This document shows, piece by piece, positions 1 to 10,274 of a stretch of 64,000 nt of DNA (positions within the stretch are counted from its first letter, which is position 1; each line of letters begins with the position of its first letter). Position numbers and translations under genes: made by a program. The DNA lies in the IMG/VR virus record IMGVR_UViG_3300042879_006196, positions 124,001-188,000 of that record; one strand, 5' to 3'. The notes beneath the pieces are model-generated. The model did not search any database and was not told the DNA's origin. It saw only the letters and a program-made list of their open reading frames with translations.

Positions 1-1069
1 GGATGAGAATATTTTTACTTGCATTTACATCTCTGTCGTGTGTTGTTCCACAAGACACACAAATCCATTCTCTGTCTTTCAAGGTCAATTCTTGATTTAT
101 CCAATGGCAACTATTACACATTTTACTGCTTGGAAAGAATCTGTCTATTTTAACAATAGTTTTATCATTCCAAGATGCTTTATATGAAAGCATATCGTAA
201 AATATTCCTAATCCAACATCTGAAATAGATAATGCTAATTTATGATTTTTCATCATGTTTTTTACAGCCAAGTCTTCTACGCAAATAACATCGTGATTTT
301 TGATTATATCTGTGGATACTTTATGTAAATTGTCTTTCCTTCTGTTTGCTACTTTTTCATGGATTGTAGCTACTATTTTTCTTTGTCTTTCTTTCTGACC
401 ACTTCCTTTCATTTTTTTTGAAAGTTGCCTTTGTTCGTATTTTAGTTTGCTTAATGATTTCCTTAAACACTTAATATTTTTGTATTTAGTTCCATTACTA
501 AGAATCGCTAAATCTTTCAATCCTGTATCAATTCCTACAGATGAATTTGTTTTCTCTAATTCTGGATGTTCTACTTCACAAGTTATCGAAATATAATATT
601 TTCCTGTTGTTGTTTTAGTTATTGTTCCATTAAGAATCCTTCCTTTTATTGGTCGATGAATTACGATTTCTATGCCTTTTTTAAACTTGGGAATAGACAA
701 TTTTCCATCTTCGATGGCTAAAGACTGAGGAACATGAAACGATTGTTTACCATTCTTTTTCTTATATCTTGGGAACTTTGCTAGTTTTCTGAAAAACCTA
801 TTGTATGCAATGTCTAAGTTTTTTAAAGCAGATTGTAGTGATTGTGAATTAACTTCTTTCAACCAAACTAAATTTTTTTTTAATTCTGTTAAAGAAGAAG
901 CATTATCATAATAATTTAATGAATTTCCATTATTAAGATATTCTTCTTGTCGTTCGTTTAGAAATCTATTAAACACAAATCTCATACACCCAAAATGCTT
1001 CGCAAGAAGCATTTCTTGATTCTTTGTTGGATGTATCCTATATTTATATGATTTGTGTATAGTTTTCAT
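1..1069 (-). CDS. tnpB: RNA-guided endonuclease TnpB (IS605 OrfB family), truncated by the window edge; absent from the ORF track
   Basis: Manual translation from ATG at 1069: MKTIHKSYKYRIHPTKNQEMLLAKHFGCMRFVFNRFL (HTH_OrfB), VGIDTGLKDLAI (RuvC-I), ICVEDL (RuvC-II), WICVSCGTTHDRDVNASKNIL (Zn ribbon/RuvC-III). Confidence 0.95.
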   Translation of the reverse strand, partial: MKTIHKSYKYRIHPTKNQEMLLAKHFGCMRFVFNRFLNERQEEYLNNGNSLNYYDNASSLTELKKNLVWLKEVNSQSLQSALKNLDIAYNRFFRKLAKFPRYKKKNGKQSFHVPQSLAIEDGKLSIPKFKKGIEIVIHRPIKGRILNGTITKTTTGKYYISITCEVEHPELEKTNSSVGIDTGLKDLAILSNGTKYKNIKCLRKSLSKLKYEQRQLSKKMKGSGQKERQRKIVATIHEKVANRRKDNLHKVSTDIIKNHDVICVEDLAVKNMMKNHKLALSISDVGLGIFYDMLSYKASWNDKTIVKIDRFFPSSKMCNSCHWINQELTLKDREWICVSCGTTHDRDVNASKNILI

Positions 1070-1151
1070 CTATAATATAATATACAAGATATTTTATGCA
1101 ACTACCTTTTTTTTGATAATTTTTCAAAAAAATTGTGTAATATATTTATAA

Positions 1152-1196
1152 TGAGCATTCATCCCAGCGGCTAAAGACCACTGGGTTTTCTGCTCA
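1152..1196 (-). repeat. IS200/IS605-type subterminal (left-end) hairpin
   Basis: TGAGCA...CCCAGCGG-CTAAAGA-CCACTGGG...TGCTCA imperfect inverted repeat upstream of tnpB. Confidence 0.7.
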
Positions 1197-1203
1197 CGAT
1201 TTA

Positions 1204-1926
1204 ATGTATAAATTTATTATGTCACAAAACGATACCCAAGCAATTACTCCAATCATAGATAACATTATTTTAGATGATTCTGTTGCTCATAATGTTGATG
1301 ATATTGAAAATTCTTCTATAGTTTTGTTCAGTACTTTAAAATCTGATGCTAAACCTTTAAAGCCTTTTAAGCTAAATACATCAGGAATTGACTACCCACA
1401 AATGTATGCACCAAAATGCGCAATTTGTAATTCGCCTCACAGAACTTTATTAGAGCATGTGTATTTAGATTGTGGCAAAAAAGTAAATACAACAATAAAG
1501 TTTTTTGAAGATCATTATTCTGCAAAACTTAACTGGGCTCAAGTAAAACAACATGTAAAATATCACTGCGATTTCAATAAAATTGAAACCCCAGGATTAT
1601 TAGATTATGAAGGCAGAGAAGAAGAACTTTCGAGATGGAAATATCGTGAGTTTGAATTAGTTCTCACTGCTCTCATGGTTGAACTGAATGATGTAAGGGG
1701 CATAAATGCAAAAACTGCTGATGAAATTTTAAAAAGATCTGCTATGATCGAAAAACTTACAAGACAGCTAATGCTTGTAAAAGAAAAAAGAGATGATAGT
1801 TCTGGTCTAATGCCAAATGTTTTTGAAGTACTTTTAGAATTGCATGATCAAATGGTTAATGATGAAGATAAAAGATTAATCAGAGAAAAAGGGCGTGATT
1901 TAAGACAAATGTTGGATAGGGCATGA
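1204..1926 (+). CDS. Probable terminase small subunit
   Basis: Overlaps the start of terL; CAIC...HVKYHC putative Zn/HTH region and a helical C-terminus. Confidence 0.6.
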   Translation: MYKFIMSQNDTQAITPIIDNIILDDSVAHNVDDIENSSIVLFSTLKSDAKPLKPFKLNTSGIDYPQMYAPKCAICNSPHRTLLEHVYLDCGKKVNTTIKFFEDHYSAKLNWAQVKQHVKYHCDFNKIETPGLLDYEGREEELSRWKYREFELVLTALMVELNDVRGINAKTADEILKRSAMIEKLTRQLMLVKEKRDDSSGLMPNVFEVLLELHDQMVNDEDKRLIREKGRDLRQMLDRA

Positions 1927-4031
1927 GCAAAAATCTTAAAAATAAGCAGGCAATTGAACATAAAGAAAAAATGCACCGAGATGCAGCAAAGCTAGATCAG
2001 CTTTGGGCGGGATTAGACGGCGAAGAAGTAAAGGAGATTGTGTACTCAAATAGGTATGAAGTTCCACCACCTGAGCCAAAAGATAAAAGTAAATATAATA
2101 AAAACAATATCGTTGACATTGAAACATTCATCACCCACCCTTACTATTTAAATTTAAGACCGTATCCTTGGCAGATTTTAGCATTAAAATTGTTTTATGC
2201 TGGGTCTGAGGGTAACACGCATTTAGAATTCAATGATACTAAAAAAGACGATGTGCAAGATTGCTCAGGTTGTGTTTGGGAATATGTAGTTGAAAATGAA
2301 AAAAAATGTGTTGAAGCAATAGAAAGAGAGGAGAATTATCAATCTATTTTGTCACCACTTAATTCAAGATGCTTAAAATGCTCCAGGTGCCCTTTAAAAA
2401 CTCGTCAAACTAAATTAGAGTATGAAATAAAGCAAGCTTCTGATAAAGATATTGAATCTAATCTCAGAGATATAATAGAAACTGAAACTGAAGATTTTTT
2501 TCAATCTGAAATGGACTTAATTGATGCTATTCCAGATGAAGCAGTTAAAATGCAGATAAAAAATAAACTCAGAAAGAAATTTCAAGAACTTGTTTTAATA
2601 ATTGGACGACGAGGAAGTAAATCATTTATGACTGTGGCTATGGGTTTATATGAACTTCATAAGTTGCTGTCTATGAAGCACCCACAAAAGAAATTAAATT
2701 TACCTGACTTTCAAGAAATTGTAATTCTTAACGTGGCTAAAAACGAAGATCAAGCTAAAGACTCAATTTTTACTCCCATGAAAAACGCCGCAGTATCATC
2801 TCCATTTTTTCAAAAATATATTGGTGTAGATAATGCTTTGGAGATGAAGTTTTTAACTGAAAATGATTTAGAAGAAAATTCACGAAGAACAGAACGTGGT
2901 TTAACACCCTTGGATGGCACTTTAATTTTAAAATGCGGTTCATCTTCAGCCTCTGGGCTTGTTGGTAAAACCTGTTGGTGTATTATTCTTGATGAGCTTG
3001 CGGCGATGGCAGGTGATAATCCTAATTCTGGGGTAGATAAAAAACTTTACAATGATTTGAAGCCCTCTTTGACAACATTTGGAAAAGAAGGCAAAATAAT
3101 TTGCTTGTCAAACCCTAAGGGTCCATTTGGGCAACTATTTACATTATATAATTCAAGATTGGAAGATGATATGACATTAGTTTTGAAACTTCCAACTTGG
3201 CATATTAATGCTAATGTTGATAAACTATGGCTTGAAGGCGAAAGAAGAAGAGATCCTGTTGAGTTTAATATGCAATATGGTGCGGAATTTGGAACCAACT
3301 CTCAAGATCCATATTTAAGTCCTGAAGATGTAGCTTATGCATTTGAAAATTCATCTAAAACAACAAGAACTGAACAGAGAGAACCTGGTTTAATTGATTA
3401 TTATTGTCATGTCGATCCAGCAAACAGATCAGACTATTATGCCATAGCGATTGTTCATGCAATTCCGACAGGAGAGCAAGATATACAAGGAAGACCAATA
3501 AAAAGATTCATTGTTGACCATATGCAGTTTTGGGCGCCACTAAAAATGAAACAACCTGTACCAATAAGAGAAGTAGAAGAATACATTTTAGAACTTCACC
3601 AAAAGTTCAAATTCAAACAAATTTCTTTTGATCAATGGGGAAGCCCAGAAACTATGCAAAAATTAGAGTCACATGGTTTGCCAGTTGTATTAAAGGTATT
3701 TAATAAAGAATATAAAGACAAAATCTATATGCATCTTCTCGAAACTTTTCGAGATAAAAGAATAGAATTTTATAAAATGTCTGCTGGGAAAGTCAGAGAT
3801 GCTAAAGGTAATATTATGAACATAAACGAAATTCCAGAGGCAAAAGATCAATTTACATTTTTGCAAAAAAAATGGAAAAATGGCAGACAGATAATCGAAG
3901 CTTTGTCTACTTATAAAGACGATTTGTGTGATGCTGTGGCTGCTGCAATTTATGAAAGTAATTCTCAATCTACAGTAGTAAAATCTCTTCCTAGATCAAG
4001 GGTGGCTTATACTGGAAAAGCTTTAAGGTAA
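1923..4031 (+). CDS. terL: Terminase large subunit
   Basis: PYPWQ Q-motif, Walker A IIGRRGSKS, Walker B CIILDE, LSNP coupling motif, RNase H-like nuclease YCHVDPA...FDQW...DDLCDAVA. Confidence 0.92.
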   Translation: MSKNLKNKQAIEHKEKMHRDAAKLDQLWAGLDGEEVKEIVYSNRYEVPPPEPKDKSKYNKNNIVDIETFITHPYYLNLRPYPWQILALKLFYAGSEGNTHLEFNDTKKDDVQDCSGCVWEYVVENEKKCVEAIEREENYQSILSPLNSRCLKCSRCPLKTRQTKLEYEIKQASDKDIESNLRDIIETETEDFFQSEMDLIDAIPDEAVKMQIKNKLRKKFQELVLIIGRRGSKSFMTVAMGLYELHKLLSMKHPQKKLNLPDFQEIVILNVAKNEDQAKDSIFTPMKNAAVSSPFFQKYIGVDNALEMKFLTENDLEENSRRTERGLTPLDGTLILKCGSSSASGLVGKTCWCIILDELAAMAGDNPNSGVDKKLYNDLKPSLTTFGKEGKIICLSNPKGPFGQLFTLYNSRLEDDMTLVLKLPTWHINANVDKLWLEGERRRDPVEFNMQYGAEFGTNSQDPYLSPEDVAYAFENSSKTTRTEQREPGLIDYYCHVDPANRSDYYAIAIVHAIPTGEQDIQGRPIKRFIVDHMQFWAPLKMKQPVPIREVEEYILELHQKFKFKQISFDQWGSPETMQKLESHGLPVVLKVFNKEYKDKIYMHLLETFRDKRIEFYKMSAGKVRDAKGNIMNINEIPEAKDQFTFLQKKWKNGRQIIEALSTYKDDLCDAVAAAIYESNSQSTVVKSLPRSRVAYTGKALR

Positions 4032-4057
4032 AAGATACATTTTTCGAGAAAATAATT

Positions 4058-5110
4058 TTGATGAGTAAAAGGCTTGCAAATTTTGGAGGAGTGGGTGGAC
4101 AATATTCTCCTTTCTCACCAGGTGGTTCACCTTTATTTAGGGGTGGTCCAAGTGGTTATGCAGGTTATGGTATCAATAATTTCAGTGGAGACGTATCATT
4201 AGATGATTTGATGGGCAGATATAGAAAGCCTGATGTCCTTGGTGATTATGAAAGACCTTTAGAAACATTGCTTGAAACTTTTCATGATAATCTAGAAACT
4301 GATATCCCCAGTTATTTGTTATCACCTGAGGAAAGAAATGAGCTTTCTGTAAAAAAGAAAATTAGAAATAAAGAACAATATATAAAAAATCTTTCAAAAC
4401 CAAAATATAAAGATAATTCTAATGTACTAAAAAAACTACATACAGTTGAGGATTTGTTAGAAGATTTCAGAAAAAATACAAAAGTGGATTTTTCTAAATT
4501 TGCAGCTTATACTTATCCTGATGAGGCACCTTTAGAGATCAGATTAAAAAATGAATTTAATTCTCCTGATTCTTTTAGAAGAGAAAGAACATCGTTACCT
4601 GCAAATGATAATCAGATAATTTCATATGAAGAATATAAAAATGACCCTATGGCTAATGCACAATACACCGAAGCATTTACAGGTATTGCTCCTCAATATG
4701 AATTAGGAAAGGGCGTAGATAAGTACATAGATAACTTGAATAATCCTACTTTTCCAGAAAATCACAATATGCAAAATTCTACATTGTTGATTAATACACC
4801 AAATGAATCACAAACTTTTCATAATCATGAAGGGTCTTATTATGATTTACCGTCTCCAGTCACGCAAGAGTCGAAGAAAAACAATTTAACGCTAGAGCAA
4901 AAGCTACAAAAACTGAAAAAATCTCCCAAGAATTTAGATAGGCTTGATCCAGATTTTCTTAAAGGAATTCATTGGGATGAATATCTTAAAGGTATTGATG
5001 GAAAAGACAATCAAACACCTTGGGGTAATGATGGAATGGGTGGAAATGTCACGAATGAATATCCTGATACTAGTAACAATCCATATTTTAGCTTAGGAGT
5101 ACTGAGATGA
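4058..5110 (+). CDS. Hypothetical, putative head/internal virion protein (likely ATG start at 4061)
   Basis: 350-aa ORF in the head cluster; KRLA and KFAA motifs. Confidence 0.6.
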   Translation: MMSKRLANFGGVGGQYSPFSPGGSPLFRGGPSGYAGYGINNFSGDVSLDDLMGRYRKPDVLGDYERPLETLLETFHDNLETDIPSYLLSPEERNELSVKKKIRNKEQYIKNLSKPKYKDNSNVLKKLHTVEDLLEDFRKNTKVDFSKFAAYTYPDEAPLEIRLKNEFNSPDSFRRERTSLPANDNQIISYEEYKNDPMANAQYTEAFTGIAPQYELGKGVDKYIDNLNNPTFPENHNMQNSTLLINTPNESQTFHNHEGSYYDLPSPVTQESKKNNLTLEQKLQKLKKSPKNLDRLDPDFLKGIHWDEYLKGIDGKDNQTPWGNDGMGGNVTNEYPDTSNNPYFSLGVLR

Positions 5111-5547
5111 AATCCATTTTAAAAGCAATTGATTTGTTAGAAAAAAATGGTCAATATAGAATGGCTGATAAATTTCAGAATGAAATGATTCGTTTAGCTG
5201 CATGGCCCTACAACTTAGTTGCTTTAGATGAATTGCCATTGTCTGCTAGATTTTATACTTGGCAGAGAAATGAAAAAGATTTTCAAGAATTTGATAGGAA
5301 ATTTTATCAAGAACTTAAATGGAGAATTCCTGATTACAGAAATTTAAAAACTGACAAAGATGAAGCATTGAATCTTGAGGGTGAAATGCATGGACCAGAT
5401 GCTGTTCCAGGACCTGCCTACGTTGATCCAGGAAATTTGGCTTCTTCGCCTTCAATGAACGGAAGTTTGGAATATTTTACATGGGAAGAGGCGAGAGATT
5501 CAAACAAAGGTCCAAATGAATTTATCAATCTTATTCCGAGAAGGTAA
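5107..5547 (+). CDS. Hypothetical, putative head protein with shared N-terminal pro-peptide
   Basis: Translationally coupled ORF; N-terminus ...LEKNGQYRMADKFQNEMIRLAA. Confidence 0.6.
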   Translation: MKSILKAIDLLEKNGQYRMADKFQNEMIRLAAWPYNLVALDELPLSARFYTWQRNEKDFQEFDRKFYQELKWRIPDYRNLKTDKDEALNLEGEMHGPDAVPGPAYVDPGNLASSPSMNGSLEYFTWEEARDSNKGPNEFINLIPRR

Positions 5548-5574
5548 TTCACTTTTAAAGGAGAAAATATTATT

Positions 5575-6024
5575 ATGCCTCAGCCAATTATACCAATACA
5601 TCAGCAAGAATCACTCTCAATTCTATTTGGAGATTCTATGCAGCCAGAATTCAAATTCTCTGAACTGCAATCAATTCTTTTTCAGCAAACAGCATCTAGT
5701 AATGTTAATAAAAAATATTCATTAAATACAATAGAAGCATTACAAAATATTGATAAAAATACTGATTTTGTTGTCACAGCTGTTACAGATTCTAATGAAA
5801 GATATTGTTCAGTGCCAAATGAAATTGATAGTGAAACAGTGTTAGCTTTAAAAGCAGAGGGTTTAATTTCAGGTCATGGCAGATCTGTTAAAATTACTGA
5901 TAGAGGTAGAACTGCTTTAAGAGACGCTTATTTATCTACTAAAAATGCTTTAATGGAAAATAGAGCTTCTGAGAAATTTGACTATAATTCCTTTGCAAGA
6001 TTAGCAAGTAAAAAAGGAGAATAA
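5575..6024 (+). CDS. Hypothetical, possible winged-helix C-terminal half
   Basis: VLALKAEGLISGHGRSVKITDRGRTAL resembles a wHTH wing; AAGGAG RBS. Confidence 0.5.
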   Translation: MPQPIIPIHQQESLSILFGDSMQPEFKFSELQSILFQQTASSNVNKKYSLNTIEALQNIDKNTDFVVTAVTDSNERYCSVPNEIDSETVLALKAEGLISGHGRSVKITDRGRTALRDAYLSTKNALMENRASEKFDYNSFARLASKKGE

Positions 6025-7682
6025 TGTTAGATAAAATTACACAAGACAAAAAAATCTTAGAAGCATTCATAAAGATTGCTCAAAAACAAGCAAAGTCATC
6101 TAGACCTTCAGATGTTTTTGAGTCTTTATTGAAAATTGCTGAAGTGACTGACATTAAAAGGCTTATAATGAACATCAATGAAGATCTTGATTTTGAGTTT
6201 AGTAAAGCAAGATTAAACAGAGAAGAAAATAATGTTTTGAGGCAATCTTTGCTTGACAAAATTGATGATAACAATTTAAGCGACCCTGTTTTGCAGCCAT
6301 TTATCGAAGTGATTAACAAAAATTTTGCCTCACTTTACGAAATTGCCAATTCAACAATTCAATATATGAAAGATCAAAGCAAACAACATGGGGCAGAACT
6401 AATTACCTTGATGTTTACTGAAAATCCGCTTAAAGGATCTAAAGTTTCTAGAAATATTTGGAGATATATTTTGTTAGAGCTTTTTGGGAATAAGTCTGCA
6501 AATGTTCTGAAATCTATAAATGCTATTACTGGAACTGCATCACTAGTTGCAAAACGAGATAGAGGAACATCAATTGAAACTGGTGGAGTAGAAGGTAGCG
6601 AGATGCAAATTGCAAATCCAAATCAACTAAGTGTCACAGATGAGCTTTCAGGTGAACAGAAACTAAAATTGATGAAAAAACAAATTGATGAAATTTTAGC
6701 TGCACCAGATATGTTTTTGATTCAATATTTAATTGAACCACAAATTCCAGAATCTTTCAAAAAAGATACAAAAAGTTTTAAAAATTACTATGACGAATAT
6801 CTGCTACAATTAGAAAATGCTTCAACAGCTCAAGAACTAGCTAGTGTAGAAGAAAATATTAATAATTTTTTTGATGAGTTTGTTAGTTTTATCAAAGAAA
6901 ATATGGATGTTGGAAAACGTTACACACCAAAAAATATTTATAGGGAAAAAACTCTAAGAGATTTACAAAGAATGTGTGGAGAAATCATTGACCAACTTGA
7001 TTTAGATAATTTAGTAGATGATATTATAAATTCACCTTATTACCAACTTCCAAAACACATTAAAGCAGAGCTCGAAGAAAATCAATTAATAGTAAAAGAA
7101 TTAATCAAAGCAGCAATACAATCTGAAGTTGTTATGAATTTGAAGGAAAGGGAAGATATTCCTGTTCGACGAACTAAAGATAAAAAAAATAAAACAGCTC
7201 AAATAGATATTCTATACAACTTTTTATATAAAGCTATAAATAAAATAGAAACCGATCCAGAGAAGCAAGAAGAGCTTAAAAGAAGAGCATTATTGCTGAC
7301 AAAGGAAAAATATACCAAAGATGGCAAAGATAATGTTTCTGAAACAGTTTTCAGAATTTATCAACATGTTACGCCCATGATTAAATCAGGATTAATTTTT
7401 AAATATGTTAGAGACACAGGAAAAGAATTTGCTGAATTAACTCCAGAAGAAAAAATTAACATAATGAAACAAGTGCACGAAAAAGTTTACCCAGTTTTCA
7501 AAGTCAGGGATTTTTCTAAAAATAAATATAAAGCAGTCAGTAGCCCATATGATGAAGAGAAACATAAAGAATTAACAGAAAAACAAATCAAAGAAAAACT
7601 TGGTTTATCAGAAGAATCTGAAGATAGTAGAGAAAGTAACGCTCTTGCTCTTTTAATTAAAAAATATGCTTTTAGACATTAG
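6024..7682 (+). CDS. Hypothetical helical protein, putative internal head protein
   Basis: 552-aa ORF; KIAQ near the N-terminus and KKYA at the C-terminus. Confidence 0.6.
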   Translation: MLDKITQDKKILEAFIKIAQKQAKSSRPSDVFESLLKIAEVTDIKRLIMNINEDLDFEFSKARLNREENNVLRQSLLDKIDDNNLSDPVLQPFIEVINKNFASLYEIANSTIQYMKDQSKQHGAELITLMFTENPLKGSKVSRNIWRYILLELFGNKSANVLKSINAITGTASLVAKRDRGTSIETGGVEGSEMQIANPNQLSVTDELSGEQKLKLMKKQIDEILAAPDMFLIQYLIEPQIPESFKKDTKSFKNYYDEYLLQLENASTAQELASVEENINNFFDEFVSFIKENMDVGKRYTPKNIYREKTLRDLQRMCGEIIDQLDLDNLVDDIINSPYYQLPKHIKAELEENQLIVKELIKAAIQSEVVMNLKEREDIPVRRTKDKKNKTAQIDILYNFLYKAINKIETDPEKQEELKRRALLLTKEKYTKDGKDNVSETVFRIYQHVTPMIKSGLIFKYVRDTGKEFAELTPEEKINIMKQVHEKVYPVFKVRDFSKNKYKAVSSPYDEEKHKELTEKQIKEKLGLSEESEDSRESNALALLIKKYAFRH

Positions 7683-8037
7683 ATTCATAGCACAAACGCC
7701 CGAAACTTTAGCCAAAGGACTTATGCATTCGGCGCCTTTAGACAAAAACGAATGTGCTTTGTTTATATTTAATTACTTGGATGATCATAGTTTTTGGAAT
7801 AAAAATGTTGATTATCCAATAAGTCTTTTTTTTCTTGATGAAAATTTTGAAATTAAAAACATAGGTAAACTAGATGCACATCAAGAAAAACCATGCAGAG
7901 CTGAGTATCCTCTCACTAAATATGTAGTTGAAGGGCATTCAGATCTACCAATAGAATTTGATATAAGGGTAGGAGATTTTTGTTTACCTAATAATAATAA
8001 TAAAATAAAGGTATTAAAGGTAAAAAGAAATTCTTAG
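7666..8037 (+). CDS. DUF192 family protein
   Basis: IAQTPETLAKGLM...LFIF...FWNKNVDYPISLFFLDEN...YVVE pattern. Confidence 0.8.
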   Translation: MLLDIRFIAQTPETLAKGLMHSAPLDKNECALFIFNYLDDHSFWNKNVDYPISLFFLDENFEIKNIGKLDAHQEKPCRAEYPLTKYVVEGHSDLPIEFDIRVGDFCLPNNNNKIKVLKVKRNS

Positions 8038-8066
8038 AGAATACTTTAAATATCGGAGTAAAAAAT

Positions 8067-9455
8067 ATGGCAGATAGAGTTTTTCCAAATAATATAAATG
8101 TTGACATGGGTTCTAAAATTACATTCTCAGGAATAGATTGGGGCACTGTTGAAGCAAACATCAAAAATAATAAGTTCGCTAGTGACCAATCAGAAGAAGT
8201 GCAAGCACTTTTAAGAATGGCTAACGAGCAAATGGCTCCAGTTGAACAGACCACTAAAGCGCTTACACCAGAAAAAATAGCACAATACAGACCTAAATTG
8301 ATCGAAGCTTTAGATAAAATTGCAGAAGAAGCTCAAATGGATGATCAAAATAAAGAAAATTTTAAAGCTGAAGTTTTATCTGAATTTGAAAGAAATCCAG
8401 GTGATGAAGAATCAATCAAAAACTCGATTGCTGAATTACAAAAAGCAAATATTATTTCTGCTAACTCAGGAAATAAAATGCAAAGAACAGCTCTTATGAA
8501 AATTTATCTCCTTATGGCTAAAGCAATGGAAGATTTAATGTCTCAAGGCATGTCTGAAGAGGAAGCAAAAGCTGAAATTGAAAAAGATTTTTCAATTCTT
8601 GAAAACTATAGAGACATGTTACCAGAAGACAACTCTAGTCCAAAAGAATTAAAAGATTATTATCCAGATGATTACACTCCTGAATATCCTGAGTCAAAAA
8701 ATGATTTTGCCAACTCAAGAAAAACCAAAAGAGAAGCTATGAAAAAAATTGCATTTACACATCCTAGTCAAATAAGCGCTGAGGCAATTGAAAAAGCTAA
8801 AGCTGCTGGTGACACTAAACTCGTCAACACAATCTTAGCAGCAAGAAAAGCAAACAGACAAAGAATCGCTGCTGCGATAGAAGAAAAAAATGAAGTTTCT
8901 GAAAGAATTGCGCAAAGAAACAATATTTTGAAATTGGCTCAAATGGATGATCTTTTTGATGAGAAAGAAATGATGGATAACACAATGGATGACTCAATGG
9001 ATAACACAATGAACGATCCAATGAATGATCCAATGAAGAAGAAGCCTAGAGTGCCTGGAGATTTATCATTAGACGCAATGCTTCCAGCAGATGAATCTGA
9101 AGCCCCAACTTTAGCTTTCACTTCTCCAACAAAATTCACAAAGGCACAACGAGCATCATTTGCTAAAATTGCAAAATCTTTGGGTATGCCTGACGAATAT
9201 GTTAAAGCAATGTGCACACCAGTGCTTTCCCCTGAGACAGAAAGATTAAACAGAGAAATCAATGAAATTAAAATGTCAAGAGTCTCTGAAAAAACAAAAA
9301 ATTCTTTGATTAAAACTTTAATTAAAGAAGCAAAGCTTTCAACAGAATCAAAAAATGAATTTATCAGATATTGGAATGAAACATTAGGTTATCAAGACAA
9401 ACAGTTTTATAAAGATGTTGCCGCTGATTATGTTGACGGAAAAAAGGTGAACTAA
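8067..9455 (+). CDS. Hypothetical, putative head protein
   Basis: 462-aa ORF; KFAS, KKIA, KLAQ and KEAK motifs; short Met-rich repeat. Confidence 0.6.
   Translation: MADRVFPNNINVDMGSKITFSGIDWGTVEANIKNNKFASDQSEEVQALLRMANEQMAPVEQTTKALTPEKIAQYRPKLIEALDKIAEEAQMDDQNKENFKAEVLSEFERNPGDEESIKNSIAELQKANIISANSGNKMQRTALMKIYLLMAKAMEDLMSQGMSEEEAKAEIEKDFSILENYRDMLPEDNSSPKELKDYYPDDYTPEYPESKNDFANSRKTKREAMKKIAFTHPSQISAEAIEKAKAAGDTKLVNTILAARKANRQRIAAAIEEKNEVSERIAQRNNILKLAQMDDLFDEKEMMDNTMDDSMDNTMNDPMNDPMKKKPRVPGDLSLDAMLPADESEAPTLAFTSPTKFTKAQRASFAKIAKSLGMPDEYVKAMCTPVLSPETERLNREINEIKMSRVSEKTKNSLIKTLIKEAKLSTESKNEFIRYWNETLGYQDKQFYKDVAADYVDGKKVN
8970..9035 (+). repeat. Degenerate 12-bp coding tandem repeat (MDNT-MDDS-MDNT-MNDP-MNDP-M)
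   Basis: atggataacaca/atggatgactca/atggataacaca/atgaacgatcca/atgaatgatcca. Confidence 0.75.
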
Positions 9456-9458
9456 AAA

Positions 9459-10274
9459 ATGGGGATATTTCGAAAGGCTTCTGAACTAGAAAAATTGCCA
9501 ACTTCAATTTCTGATGCATTATTTGATAATAATGAAATCAGAATTGCAGATGAATTTGAAAGCCTTATAAAAGAGGCGTCTAGTGTAAATAATAAATCTG
9601 TTTACGAAAATAGATTGAAAAGTTTCCGTGAAGCTCAAGGAAAAGTAGTAGAATGGGAAAAACCAGAACCTGCTAGATATGAAGATCTTCCTGGTGGAAT
9701 TCGTAGAGCTGGATATGGTCAAAGATTTAGCGGAGAACATTCAGAGATGTTTGGTTCGGAGCAAATAAGATCAATCAGTTTTGATAACAATAAGTATGCT
9801 GAAAGTCTTTTGAATAATGGATTTTCAATTTGGGAACCTGAATTTGATGAACTGCAGGATGCTTTTGATGAATCTCAAAGACAGTCTAATGCTATTTTTG
9901 ACAGAAGAACTGCTGCCGAAAAGAAAGCTATTGCACATAGAAATTGGGAACAAGAGCAATCGAGCCAAATAAGAAAATCAAATGTTCTTCCATACAGAGG
10001 CTTGGGTGTTAGCAGACTTGCAAATGAAATGCCAATTCATCATGGTAATTTTAATTCAGTTGATGATTTTTATGCAGAAGCTCAAGATTCTATAAGAAAC
10101 ATGAGCAAAACAGCAAATTCTGAAAGAAAATCAGGAATTCAACGAAAAGGTGTTGACCCAAATGATCGAAGAGAGCAATGGGAAAATAAAGAAGCAATTG
10201 CAGCTAGAACAATGAAATCCCTTGAATCCAGTTCTCTTCTTGTAAGAATGGCAGAGGGATTAGATATTGAATGA
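9459..10274 (+). CDS. Hypothetical phage protein
   Basis: 271-aa ORF in the head operon. Confidence 0.6.
   Translation: MGIFRKASELEKLPTSISDALFDNNEIRIADEFESLIKEASSVNNKSVYENRLKSFREAQGKVVEWEKPEPARYEDLPGGIRRAGYGQRFSGEHSEMFGSEQIRSISFDNNKYAESLLNNGFSIWEPEFDELQDAFDESQRQSNAIFDRRTAAEKKAIAHRNWEQEQSSQIRKSNVLPYRGLGVSRLANEMPIHHGNFNSVDDFYAEAQDSIRNMSKTANSERKSGIQRKGVDPNDRREQWENKEAIAARTMKSLESSSLLVRMAEGLDIE

Larger units (their letters stand above)
1..1200 (-). mobile_element. IS200/IS605-superfamily element carrying only tnpB in the visible part (IS1341-like); 3' end outside the window
   Basis: tnpB ORF plus a left-end-type imperfect hairpin at 1152-1196; no tnpA between the hairpin and tnpB. Confidence 0.8.
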
